This document shows positions 10,922 through 22,721 of a DNA stretch of 64,000 nt, piece by piece; within the stretch, counting starts at the first letter, position 1, and every line of letters begins with the position of its first letter. Location of the stretch: the NCBI GenBank assembly GCA_964016885.1, contig OZ024741.1, forward strand, positions 75,640,001-75,704,000, given 5' to 3'. Made by a program: the position numbers and the translations under genes. Under the pieces are notes generated by a model. The model saw only the letters and a program-made list of their open reading frames with translations. It made no database searches and was not told the DNA's origin. This DNA is from Eledone cirrhosa. Taxonomy: Eukaryota.

Positions 10922-10922
<1 letters not shown>
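10683..10922 (+). mobile_element. Hairpin+tail PLE insert (family D)
   Basis: ~77-bp arms, tail with GAGTACTC at 10870-77. Homologous to 26540-26738 and 57345-57529. Confidence 0.8.
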
Positions 10923-10979
<57 letters not shown>

Positions 10980-10984
10980 ATTAT

Positions 10985-11250
10985 TAAAAGTGATTGTGTT
11001 CTGGTATGCTCCCCTGATCTATAGGTGATCAAGTGATTGTCTTATTTTTTGAAGTTCATGTTACAGATAGATAGATTATTGGCATCACAGAATTCCAGAA
11101 GCCTGGAACCTTCCACACTTCTAGCACCAAACCATAACCCCTGTAAATCATATCAAAACCCTTGCAGCGTTACCTGCAATGATTATGAAGTCACTGTTGC
11201 TTATTTGAGAAGTAGTGTGCCTTAGGGACTTGTAGAACCTGTCTTTTAGT
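10985..11250 (-). pseudogene. RTE endonuclease-domain fragment
   Basis: Aligns to 61660-61930 (GSRLLEFCDANNLSICN.NFKK..LITYRS). Confidence 0.75.
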
Positions 11251-12186
11251 AAGTCCAACAGAACTAAGTAGACAGTGTCAGCTCTGAAGTTATGGAAAAA
11301 GATGAAAGCTTGGAGAAGCAAGTGAAAGATGAATTGGTGTTGGTTTTGGCTTTCTATGTCTGAAATAAAGAAGAGTGTTTGCATGGTCATTTGGAGACAG
11401 AAGGTGAATTCATTTTCATCTTTAGGAATTCTTTAACTCTCCAACTCTGTAGTCCATTTGTCATAAGAAACAACAATCAGGCTCATGACAACGGTTAGTA
11501 CCAGTAGTAGCAGAAGAACAAGTAGTTATTGTAATAGAAATTGGGTTTAGAGTGTAATGTATTTGCGGTGCTGAGTTTTGATTGATCTAAATAGTTATGG
11601 TGGTGTGTGTGGGTGGGTTGAAGAGAAAATGAGGGATGAGGTCGAATTGAGAGTGGAGAGAACAGTTTTTTTTTTAATCGAGGGAAAAAAATTGAAAAGA
11701 CAGAATATTTTTTTAGTTTCGATTGAAGACAAGGGAAAAATATGGACAGGAGGACTAGAGGGCCTTAAAACAAAACAAATTTATGAGACCTGAAAAAGTA
11801 AAGTAGATTAATGATGAACAGGTTGTTGGGAGAAAGACAAGTGATTTTACATTACTTGCAGTCTTTCAAAACAGTAGTGATAGAATATATATATAATTGT
11901 TTTATATAGTATATGATATGTGACTCAAGTAATATTTGCATCAGGAGAGAAAATTACAAAATGCTGATCATTAAATCAGAAGTATTGTTATAATAGTAAT
12001 AAGGAATAACAATAAATTATTGTTAACAGATTATTATTATTATGTATAAATATAGCTAATATAAAGAAAAATTTCCTTTTATAATGTTAATCATAGTTAT
12101 AAATTCTGGGTTTACTATTTATTCTATAATTATTACTTAGATAAAAATCAGTATATGCATAAGAGTGCATATATATATATATATAT

Positions 12187-14614
12187 GGAAGCAGAGCAAA
12201 GAAAGTTCAAGCATGTTCTACAACGCGAGGACCAAAAACGTGAGGTGTTCAGGATTGCTAGGCAATGTGTCAAGGAAAACAGTGATATTGACAGAGTTGG
12301 AGAGTTAAAGAATTCCTAAAGATGAAAATGAATTCACCTTCTGTCTCCAAATGACCATGCAAACACTCTTCTTTATTTCAGACATAGAAAGCCAAAACCA
12401 ACACCAATTCATCGAGGATAAGTGTGTCCTAAATAATGATGGTGTACTTGCCATCACTGACGCTGATAAGAAGGTAGCTTGGAAGTGTCACTACGAAAGG
12501 CTACTAAATGAGGAGAATAATTGGGAGAAAGAAAGTCTCTCCCACATCGATCCAATAGAGGGACCAGCAGTGGAAGTTGAAGGTAGTATAATGAGTAAGG
12601 CGATCAAAGACATGAAGACGGGCAAGGCGGCCGGGCCTTCGGAAATAGTTGCCGAAATGCTGAAAGCATCTGGAACGGTGGGACACACCATGGCCACCCG
12701 GATAGTAAACCAAGTCATACAGTATGGGGTCGTTCCGAAGGACTGGCGCAGCAGCATCATCATTAACAAGGGTAAAGGTGATGTCCTAGATAGGGGAAAC
12801 TATAGAGGCATTAAATTAATTGACCAGGTCATGAAGGTCACAGAAAAAGTAATAGCGCAACTAATCAAGAGCGAATTGATCTAGACGAAATGCAGTTCGG
12901 GTTTGTGTCAGGTAAAAGTACAACAGACGCTCTTTTCATTGTACGACAACTACAGAAGTACCTAGCTAAAAGTAAACCCTATACTTAGCTGTTGTTAACT
13001 TGGAGAAAGCCTTTGACAGAGTCCCCCGCTCCATTATCTGGTGGGCCCTTAGAAAACTAGGTGTTGATGAATGGCTTGTGAGAGCTATACAAGCCATGTA
13101 TAAAGAAACAGTCAGCAAGGTTAGAATTAACAACGAATATAGTGAAGAATTTAGCGTAAAAGTTGGTGTTCATCAGGGCTCCGTCCTTAGCCCCCTACTA
13201 TTTATTATTGCCCTTCAGGCTATAACAGAGGAGTTCAAGACTGGCTGCCCATGGGAACTCCTATATGCAGATGACCTAACGCTCATAGCTGAATCAATGG
13301 CTGAACTAGAGAAGAAATTCCAAACATGGAAGCATGGCCTAGAATCAAAAGGCCTTAAAGTTAACTTGTCTAAGACTAAAGTTCTAGTTTGTAGGAAGGA
13401 AAATAGGGCACCGGTCCCATCTGGGAAATGGCCATGCTCAGTGTGTAGGAAAGGAGTAGGCAGAAACTCCATTTTATGTCCCAAATGCAAAGTATGGGTA
13501 CATAAAAGATGTAGTGGGATCACAGGTAAGCTAACTAAGAATATAGATTTTACATGTGGCCGGTGCTCTGGTGCAATAAGTAGCAGCAAGTGCCCACAGA
13601 ATACTAACTCATTCCATTGCACAGAGGGTTCTATAGAAATAGTGGACAGCTTCCGTTACCTGGGTGATAAAATCAGCAGTGGGGAGGGTGCTCTGAAAGT
13701 ACAGTTGCTAGAGTCAGAGCTGGATGGAAAAAGTTCAGAGAGCTTATACCACTATTGGCCGCTAAAGGGTTCTCTCTAAAAATGAAAGGCAGGCTGTATG
13801 ATGCCTGCATACGAACAGCAATGTTACATGGCAGTGAGACCTGGGCATTGTGTGCAGAGGATATACGCAGACTGGAGAGAAATGAAGCTTGCATGCTCCG
13901 CTGGATGTGTAATAGTAATATACGTGAACGGCAAAGCATAAACGTACTAAGGGAGAAATTAGAAATAAGAGGATCAGATGTTGTTTACTCGAGAGAAGAC
14001 TACGTTGGTACGGTCATGTGATGCGCATGAAAGACGACAGCTGTATAAAAAAGTGCAGGGCAATAAAAATAGACGGTAGCCACGGAGTAGGCAGACCCAG
14101 AAAAACCTGGGACGACTTGATAAATTCAGACCTCACACACTTACACATCTCCAAGACAATGTCACTGGACCGAGACCTTTGGCGCTACACAGTAATAGAG
14201 AAGACCTGCCTTACCTAAGTACAAAGTGAAACCTACTACAGTCAGTAGGCACCTCTAACTAAATACACCCCCCGTCCCACTACCCACACCCCATCCACAC
14301 CACCTCTTTCAATGTAAAGTTATGTTGGTACCACAACATCCAGCCCGAAACAAATGAGGTCGTGTAGGTGTCACGACAAAAAACAAACACACAGTCCACG
14401 CTGTAATGTGGCCGTGTAGGTAACACGGTAAAAACCTCCTAGTCCCACACTGTAAATGCGGTTGGTGTTAGGAAGGGCATCCAGCTGTAGAAAACCCGCC
14501 AGACAGTCCTATACGAGCAAGACAACCACTCTTGCCTCAAGTGGGAAAACTCCCGTCCAGACCCATGCAAGCGTGGAATATGGACGTTAAACGATGATGA
14601 TGATGATGATGATG
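12187..14614 (+). pseudogene. RTE-clade LINE (family 1), 5'-truncated, frameshifted, with a 121-nt foreign insertion
   Basis: ORF pieces at 12412-12884, 13000-13779, 13755-14021 and 14018-14218, plus 3'UTR and (GAT)n tail. Confidence 0.95.
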
Positions 14615-14725
14615 ATCTTTTCCTGGGTCCTGTATTTTCGTTGCTCTAGTGATGCGGCTGGACTGCCGACCGCTATATCTGATTTTCTAAGCTGTCTGAA
14701 CGTAATGTTATTACTCTGGGTTCTT
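14615..14725 (+). mobile_element. pLTR fragment homologous to 43800-43915
   Basis: tcttttcctgggtcc..gatgcggctggactgc..gttattactc is the reverse complement of 43810-43913. Confidence 0.7.
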
Positions 14726-14867
14726 CCTGTTATTACCATAGTTCTCTTCATCAGTATGTTTAATTCTCTGCTAAAATACATATATATCTCACACTGTATT
14801 AAAAGCCTAATCTCTACCCTCTAGATATATCTATATATCATTTCAAATTATTATTATTATATATCTA

Positions 14868-15349
14868 ATCTAATCTGGCCGAGTTTACACTCGCAAATAA
14901 GAACCAGGGCTGCCCCTAGGAGCATTGGATTTGGTGTACTTCATATTTGTTTTGGTTGCTGAATACAATCAGGGGTCGCTGTTTCTCCTGAAGGTCAATA
15001 TTTCTCTTCTACCTCGAGTGAGAACGCCTTTCCATTGTCAATTTGCATTGATTATCTGCAAAGCCACATTGTTCTCAGAACCACTACACCAGTCTTTCAA
15101 TGCGTGCAGCTGGAACTACTGCCACCCATTGATTTGGCAGGATTTTTTTTTTTTTTAGATGGCCATTGACTCTTATGAGTTCTTCCACCCTTTGTCAGGT
15201 TTTGTTTTTTTATCCTGCAAGATGTCCAAAATCACCCTCCTCACCAAGTAAACTTGGTGGGGTTGCCAGTTTAGTTGCCAACAACCCGACTATGCAACAG
15301 GTTGTACTGGGTTACATGCTAACTGTAACACTCAAAGAGTGACTTGACA
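14868..15349 (-). mobile_element. Short non-autonomous retroelement, probably an RTE-type 5'UTR derivative
   Basis: 15160-15349 is the reverse complement of 44117-44310 (..ggcgactaaactggca.cccacc..ggtgaggaggg). Ends in a (GATTA)n-like tail on minus. Confidence 0.5.
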
Positions 15350-15376
15350 TTAAAATATATATATATATATACATAT

Positions 15377-15556
15377 AATTGTTTCTACTTTAGGCACAAG
15401 GCCAGCAATTACCCAGTGCATTACTAGTACTTTATTTTATCGACCCCGTAAGGATGAAAGGCAAAGTCAACCTCGGCGGGATTTGAACTCAGATCTTAAA
15501 GGGATGCTGGAAAGCATGGCGTCCAACTCTCTACCAATACTGCCAATCCACCGCCA
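15377..15556 (-). mobile_element. tRNA-derived SINE (same family as 3125)
   Basis: Reverse complement of 3125-3312. Confidence 0.85.
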
Positions 15557-16009
15557 TATATATATACATATAATGTTATATCAACCTGAAGTTTCTCTTA
15601 AAATCTTCAAATATAATTACAATGCCAAATGTATGCATATCATGCTTTGAATATTTCAAGTATTTTCTATATTTTATACAATATATATAATGTTGCTATA
15701 GCAATATCCCTCCATACATGGTATCATAGGGGCAGTTATTATTTGATGATGATATATAAAAATGTCTGAAATGCATCCAAATAATCTTTTATATTTTATT
15801 TTCCTGTGTACTGAGAAATAGATGTTTACATATAAAGTGTTCATATTTCACACGTTATTCTTTTCACAGCAAAGGCTTCTAATTCAAAACGAATAGTTAT
15901 AGCTAGCTTAAGTTTACCTCAAATTTCTATCTTAAAAACTGTTACGTTCTAACATTGATACTTATCATATGTGAGTGTGTGTGTGTGCATGCATGCATGT
16001 ATGTATTAT

Positions 16010-16855
16010 ATTTATGTATGTTCTTCTGGTTTTATAATTTCACAAATATTTGCCAATAGAGAGAGAGTCGGTTTCTAACATAGACACAAAACTCTCTCAT
16101 TGGAATTTACACAACATCAACTAGGTAGATATGCATGCATGTGTAGGTATGGATGTTATTGTATGTGTGGATGTGTATGTGTGCATGTGTATATGCTTAG
16201 TATCTGTACATGTGTATATGCAGTTATTAGATGCAAAATGTTTGGAATGTTTTACATATTTTTACTGTTCCATTAATGAATTGTACTTGTAATTTCCTAA
16301 CTAGTTGTGTTCTTTCTGCTCCTGTGAAGCGCAGCTTCTCAAGATTTGTATTGAGGCAGTTACTAACAAGTCCCAGTGCTCCAATAAACACAGGCATAAA
16401 TCTGAAGGTATAATCAGGGTGGAGTATCTGCAGATTTCTCATCAGTTCTGCATAAATAGTCTCCTTTTCGCTAACTTCTACTACTGTGCATGCCTTCTTT
16501 TCCCTGTCCCATATCATAATATCTGGTCTGTTATGCCTGCATTTTATTGGGCATTTTACTGGAACATTCCACCAGTACTCTTTCATATTATGTATATGTA
16601 TGTCTTCCATATTGCTGTAGCTTTTAATGTGTTTATTATCGGGGCTATCTTTTCTACGGATTTCATTGTACAGTGGTTTGGCCACTACATCATGCCTCAT
16701 AGGTAGATAGTACCGCGATGACATCTTTGGACAGCTGCTCATGACATGGGTGACATCTTCGATGTTAATTCTGCAGAGTCTGCACTTATTATCACATCTA
16801 GGTGTTTTGCCTGCATCCCTATCATTTTTGTGAATCAGGTATTTCATGTAGATTT
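16010..16855 (-). pseudogene. R4/Dong-like RLE non-LTR retrotransposon 3' fragment
   Basis: CRLC..E..H..SSC zinc knuckle, RHD, NRPDI..D....VVEVS, P..IGALG. Embedded in (CATA)n repeats. Confidence 0.8.
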
Positions 16856-17024
16856 CCTTATGTATGTGTGTATGTATGTATGCATGCATGTATTTATGTG
16901 TGTATGTATGCATGCATGTATGTATGTGTGTATATATGCATGTATGTATGAATGTATGTATGTATGTAAGTATGTGTATATATATATATGTATGTATGTG
17001 TATGGGTGTATGTGCATATGTATG

Positions 17025-17295
17025 AATATTGTTTTTAATTTCTCACCAAAACAAGGCACTCTCATTGGATTTTAGACAAAATCAGTTAGATAATTATGTA
17101 TGTATGTCTGTATGTGTGTGTATGTGTACAGGTATGGATGTCATTGTATGTGCAGATCTGAATGTCTTGAATTATATATGTGCACATATACATAAGTTTC
17201 TATATCTAAACACTTGTGTATGCAGTTATTATGTGCTAAACTTCTGGAATCTTTTACATATTTTTTCCATTAATAAATTGTACTTGTCAATTCTG
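17025..17295 (-). mobile_element. Second, shorter 3' fragment of the R4-like family
   Basis: Aligns to 16020-16295 (ORF end and 3'UTR). Confidence 0.7.
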
Positions 17296-17946
17296 TGACT
17301 ATTCTCTCTAAAAAAGATTTGCCTTCATTGTTGTAGTGGTTGAGTAAATGTTGACAGATCTCCACACAATTGTTCTTATGCACTTCAGTATACTCCCTTG
17401 GCACCCATCTCTCACAGACTTCACGGAAGTGAAGCTTGTCATGGATGATTTTTGTATGCAAAACCATGACTAATTTGCAGAGAATGTGCCACCTCATCAA
17501 TAATCACTCATCAGTTCACCAAAACAATCTCTTAAGCTTGCTGAATCTTCATGTCAGTGGTGGATGTTGATAAACATCTTGCTCCCTCTTCATACTTCAC
17601 AATTGTCCAGCCATTTAAAAACTTTTCAATCCACTCATACACACTTCTATGTGGTAGAGCACTGTGTCTGTATTGTACTGAAAGTCTGCAATGAATTTTA
17701 GCCCCTGGCACACGTTCAGACCAGAGAAATTGGATCACTGATCTCTGTTCTTCCTTGGTGGACACTGCCAGTGGAGTAGCTATATTTACTCTGTAACACA
17801 GGAAAGAAAATTGACGTGATCAAGGTTAAAGTTCAGTTACATAACCATAAGAGTAACACCTTTTAGTACACTAGTGCTGAAAGCAGTGCAGCCAAACTAA
17901 AAAAAGGTTTGGCAAAAATGAGAATAATTTTTTACTTCCCCTCGTA
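17290..17946 (-). pseudogene. mariner element, 5' TIR and N-terminal transposase
   Basis: TIR ta|cgaggggaagtaaaaaattatt on minus. Motifs EQRSVIQFL..IH.RL..YEW..F..G, RWVPR.., FLERIVT. Confidence 0.9.
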
Positions 17947-18074
17947 TATATATATATATCATCATCATCATCATCATCACCGTTTTACATCCATTCTTCC
18001 ATGCTAGCATGTGTTAGATGGGTTGTCCTGTTGTGGGCAATGCCATATATATACTATATAAGCATATGTATATA

Positions 18075-19483
18075 TATGAAAGTTGCTGAAAGGGTTATAG
18101 CACATCTAATCAAGGACAGAATCAAGTTAGATGAGATGCAGTTTGGATTTATGCCAATTAGGGGTGTTATTGATGCTCTCTTTCTAGTGAGACAACTAAA
18201 GGAGAGGTATTTAGTTACAAGTAAGCCACTGTACCTAGCATTTGTAGATCTAGAGAAAGCCTTTGACAGGGTCCCACACTCTAAACTAGGTGTAGATGAA
18301 TAGCTTGAGAGAGCTGTCCTAGCCATGTATAGAGGAACTACCAGCAGAGTGACAGTTGGCAATGAGTACAGTGATGAATTTTAAGTGCAGGTAGTTCACC
18401 AGGGATCAGTCCTCAGTCTACTCATTGTACTTCAGGCCATCACTGAGGAGTTTAAAACTAGTGTTCCATGGAAGTTCCTTTATGCTGAGACCTAGTCCTC
18501 ATAGATAAGTCTGCAGGAGAGTTAGAAGTAAAATTTCAAGCAAACTTAGGGAAAATCTTGACATAAGAGGAATTGGTTGTAGTGTGCAAGAGAGAAGACT
18601 ACATTGGTATGGCCATGTGATACACATGGAAGATAGCAGCAGCATAAAGAAATGCAGATAAACCCCAGTGGCTGGAACCCATAGAAGAGGTAGACCTAGG
18701 AAGACATAGGATAAGGTTGAAAAGTCCAACCATAAAAAGATAAACCCTACAACAGAAATAACGGAAGACCACAAGAGTTGGCACTACTCAGTGCTGAAGA
18801 AGACCCAATCTGCAGCATACAATGTGACCGACCTATCCTCCCCCATTCCACCAGCACTTCCTAACAGTTACACTCAACTTCACTACTTCAATCTTCACAC
18901 ATACACACATTCCTAACAGTTCCTCTGCCCCATGAAGTGGTTAGTGATAGGAAGGGCTTCCAGCCATGGAGAGCTTGCCAAGCAAACAAAAAAAAGGCTC
19001 AGGAGGACCTTTTAGTCATGTCATGGACATAACAACCTCCCTAGTGTTGGTGATCTACATGATAAATGTACTCAGTGCACACTGTAAAGTGGTTGGTGAT
19101 AGGTAGGGCATAAAACCATAGAAAGCTTGCCAGACAATGGGTTAGGAGGACCCTTCAGTCATGTCATCCTTCATATTGTTAGTGATTTACATGATTAATG
19201 CATCCAGTATATGCTGTAAAGTGTTTGGTGATAGGAACGTGATCCAGCCATTGAAATCTTACCAAACAAAGGGTTGGGAGAAATCTCAGTTGTGTCAAAG
19301 GCCTGACAACCTTTCCTGAGTACTTGGTGGAATGTGAGAGTGTACATAATTGCAAAGGTCCCTGGCTTGCCTGGGAGATTAGTACCTATACTTCAGTACG
19401 GACTTGGTCTGTATAGATCCATCCAACCCTTTCTAGCAGGGAAAGTGGACGTTAAAATTACATTGAGAATGAGAATGATGATG
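18075..19483 (+). pseudogene. Old RTE fragment with internal deletions and repeated 3'UTR
   Basis: MKVAERVIA..DEMQFGF..DLEKAFDRVP and RRLHWYGHV. Three repeats of gtggttggtgataggaagggc..cagcc. Confidence 0.8.
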
Positions 19484-19591
19484 ATATATATGTGTATGTG
19501 TATATATATAAATATATATATATATATAATATATATATATATATAATAATAATAAATGTAATCTGAGTTTTTCGAATATTATTAATAATAT

Positions 19592-19768
19592 TGGCAGTAT
19601 CGGTAGAGGGTCGGACGCCATGCTTTCCAGCATAGTTACGTCCCTTTACAATCTGAGTTCAAATCCCGCCGAGGTTGACTTTGCCTTTCATCCTTACGGG
19701 ATCGATAAAATAAAGTACCAGTAATGCACTGGGTAATTGCTGGCCTTGTGCCTAAAGTAGAAACAATT
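19592..19768 (+). mobile_element. tRNA-derived SINE (same family as 3125)
   Basis: Near-identical to 3134-3312. Confidence 0.85.
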
Positions 19769-19875
19769 ATTAATAATATTTGATTTGTTTGCAATTATGC
19801 AAACAGCCTCTTTTAAGCCATGTCAATAGAATGAGCTCCTCATTCTTCTTCCTGTGTTGGCATGTAAACAGAACA

Positions 19876-19931
<56 letters not shown>

Positions 19932-20059
19932 GGAAAAGAATGAAATAAAATTTCATTTGTCACTCTTAGTACGGTTGATACTTAAATATAAGTATGTATA
20001 CGTACATACATATATGTATACAGACGTACAGTATATATGTATGTACGTATACATACTTA

Positions 20060-20145
<86 letters not shown>

Positions 20146-20148
<3 letters not shown>

Positions 20149-20250
20149 ATAATAATAAAATTGAAGACGAAAATCCAAAGAGGGCTCGATAAGGAAAATA
20201 TATATCAAATATATAAAAACCGTAGAGCAAATATTTATTTTAATAAATAT
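20146..20250 (-). mobile_element. Tail-only copy of family E
   Basis: Reverse complement of 59005-59108, lying between (TA)n tracts. Confidence 0.75.
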
Positions 20251-20284
20251 ATATATATATATGTATGTATGTATACACACATAT

Positions 20285-20495
20285 ATATCTATCTATCTAT
20301 CTATCTAAGGCGGGTAAAATTCCCGAGATCCATGGACGAGTTCTCTCCAGCGGTCTCTGTCCCTCATTATCGCTGCCATATCCTGCATCTCCAACAGACC
20401 AGTGTCTGTCCTTAGGGCATCAACATATGTTAACCTTGGTCTTCCTCTTCTAGTGTGTCCATGTAGGGGCTCCCAAAGGATCACTGAGTGCAATG
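20285..20495 (-). pseudogene. 3' end of a distinct RTE-type LINE with a (GATA)n tail
   Basis: [30 protein letters not shown], stop codon, then (ATAG)n. Confidence 0.7.
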
Positions 20496-21263
20496 TCAAT
20501 ATAATATAATATATATATATATATATATAATATAGTATATATATAAATATATATATGTAGAGAGAAAGAGAGAGATAGATGTGTTTATATTTTAAATATA
20601 AAATAAATTTTACAGTCTTATTCAATAAATTATACACATGTACATAAACTAGGTTATTTGCTTGTTAGTGAGAAGAAAACCAGAACTGACAATCAACCAA
20701 GAATTATTCTTTTCCACCAATTTCACAAATATATATCAGAATATGTAATCGCATGCTTCATTGTTTTATTTTTTGCTTTCACACCCCATCTCCAAAAGTT
20801 AACTAGAAACCAAATTACACATTACAGCATCAATTTCGAATGCCAGGTGGTTATTTCCCAAGTAATTCTTCTATGATTTAGAAATAATGCCTTTAATAAT
20901 GGTTTGTTTCACTCAATAATTTTAACCATAATTTCTTTACATAAGATCTGCTAAATCTCTATAATAATGATTGTACTACATTTATTGTATTTTTATATTT
21001 TTGTTGATCTGTCACATAAACTCTACAATCTGTTGAGATGTTTAAAAAATTTTTATTTAGAATTCTTGGAATACAGATGTAAGAAAAGGAAAATATAACA
21101 GTGGGGGGAGAAGACAAATATTCTAAGTACTCTAAAATTCCTTTCAGGAATCAGTATTCCATCAAGTGTTCTCTATTTCTCTATCTCCCCTCTCTCTTTC
21201 ACACACTTACATCTACCTCCCTCTATATATCTACCTCTGTATTTATATATATATATATATACA

Positions 21264-22136
21264 TATTTAATATGTATAATGATCATGTTTCTCAGTAAAT
21301 AAGTCCAATGGACCTTGGTTCATAGCATCAATAATTCAAATTTAAAAGATATATGAAGAGAGAGAGAATCATATATTGTTTGAGAAACACACAGTATTTT
21401 GAACAGATATATAAAGTAAACAACATTCCGGGAAATACACGTACTTTAACCTGTTGACTGCCACATATATTTTACACGGCTATAGTTGCTGTGCCCGTTT
21501 TCTTTTTTGTGTTTTTTTTTGTTTTTTTAGTAAAATGACTATTTTGATTGACAAACGTCACATCAATAAACTAGTAACCCCATCTAGCTTTGATGTTATG
21601 AACTGTTGGAAATGAGTTCAAACATGTTAGGATGAATTATCTCGTCTACAGCACTGAAAAGATTAAGGTGGGAAAAGTCATATTTTCTTTACAGTGCTGT
21701 TTCATAGTCCAAAAGCAAAAAAAGAAAAATTGATCTAAGTAATCAACTATGGATTGCCTTCTATCGATTTTGGATTATGAAACACTGCTGTAAGGAAAAA
21801 ATGACTTTTCCACCTTAGCCCTTTAGCATTTAAACCGACTGTATCCAGCCAGAATTATCTCACCTGTTTCTGTTCAAACTGGCTGTAACTAGCTGCTCAT
21901 AGTGACGTTAAGGTATTGTTCTCAAAATAAATAATATCAAAATCTCAAAGATTCGATATTATGTGAGATAATTATGTGAAGTAAAGTCTTTACCATGGAA
22001 TACAATAGTAAATATAGAGTAATGTAAAGGCTAAAGGGATACAGTACATATATTTCCTTGAATATTATTTGCTTTATATATCTGTACAAAATGGTATGTG
22101 TTTCTCAAACGATATATGATTTTCTCTCTCTCTCCC

Positions 22137-22228
<92 letters not shown>

Positions 22229-22330
22229 TTTAAATTTGAATTATTGATGCTCTGAACCAAGGTCCATTCACCTTATTTATTGAGAAACATGATCATCATA
22301 GATATTAAATATGTATTGGTATCTTAACAT
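21264..22330 (+). repeat. Diverged ~90-bp inverted pair (21264-21354 / 22222-22315) enclosing MITEs
   Basis: atgatcatgtttctca..ggaccttggttca.agcatcaataattcaaatttaaaa and its reverse complement. The right copy has a short tail. Confidence 0.65.
21446..22034. mobile_element. Three abutting MITE-like elements (two piggyBac-type TTAA-bounded, one with ~55-bp TIRs at 21665-21817)
   Basis: ttaacctgttgactgc..gcactgaaaagattaa; taaggtgggaaaagtca..tgacttttccacctta; ttagccctttagcatt..aatgtaaaggctaa. Confidence 0.6.
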
Positions 22331-22398
22331 AGTATATATACATACATACATACATACATACATACATACATACATACATACATACATACATACATACA

Positions 22399-22433
<35 letters not shown>

Positions 22434-22567
22434 GTATATATATATATATGTGTGTATGTGTGTGTGCAGATGCATTCAAAAAGACACCAAATAAAAGCAA
22501 CACAGGAGAATGATACAGTATAATGATGATATATATTAGTTTAATACTTGATGAAGTAGGGAAAGAA

Positions 22568-22603
22568 TCTTAATGTTTCAAATGTTAGTCCTTCATCTGA
22601 AGA
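22568..22603 (-). ncRNA. Decayed minimal PLE-type hammerhead
   Basis: tctt-CAGATGA-aggactaacattt-GAAA-ca-TT-aaga. The core is mutated, so it is likely inactive. Confidence 0.45.
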
Positions 22604-22721
22604 TAGAATGAAAGAGAGCAGAAGAAATAGAAAGATAGTCGAGAGTAAGAAGAAGAAACAGAAACAAATGTTTTAATGTGTGTGTTTAGTCTGCCATTTT
22701 GTGGATTATGTGTGTATATAT

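Noticed and set aside
10039-10922. CRISPR-like reading of unique segments separated by (TA)n
   Set aside because: The separators are variable microsatellites, the segments are dispersed repeats, no cas genes are present and the context is eukaryotic.
19930-20415. ORFs rich in YIYI/HTHT/VCVC/SLSL (here and throughout the window)
   Set aside because: They are translations of microsatellites with no coding signal.
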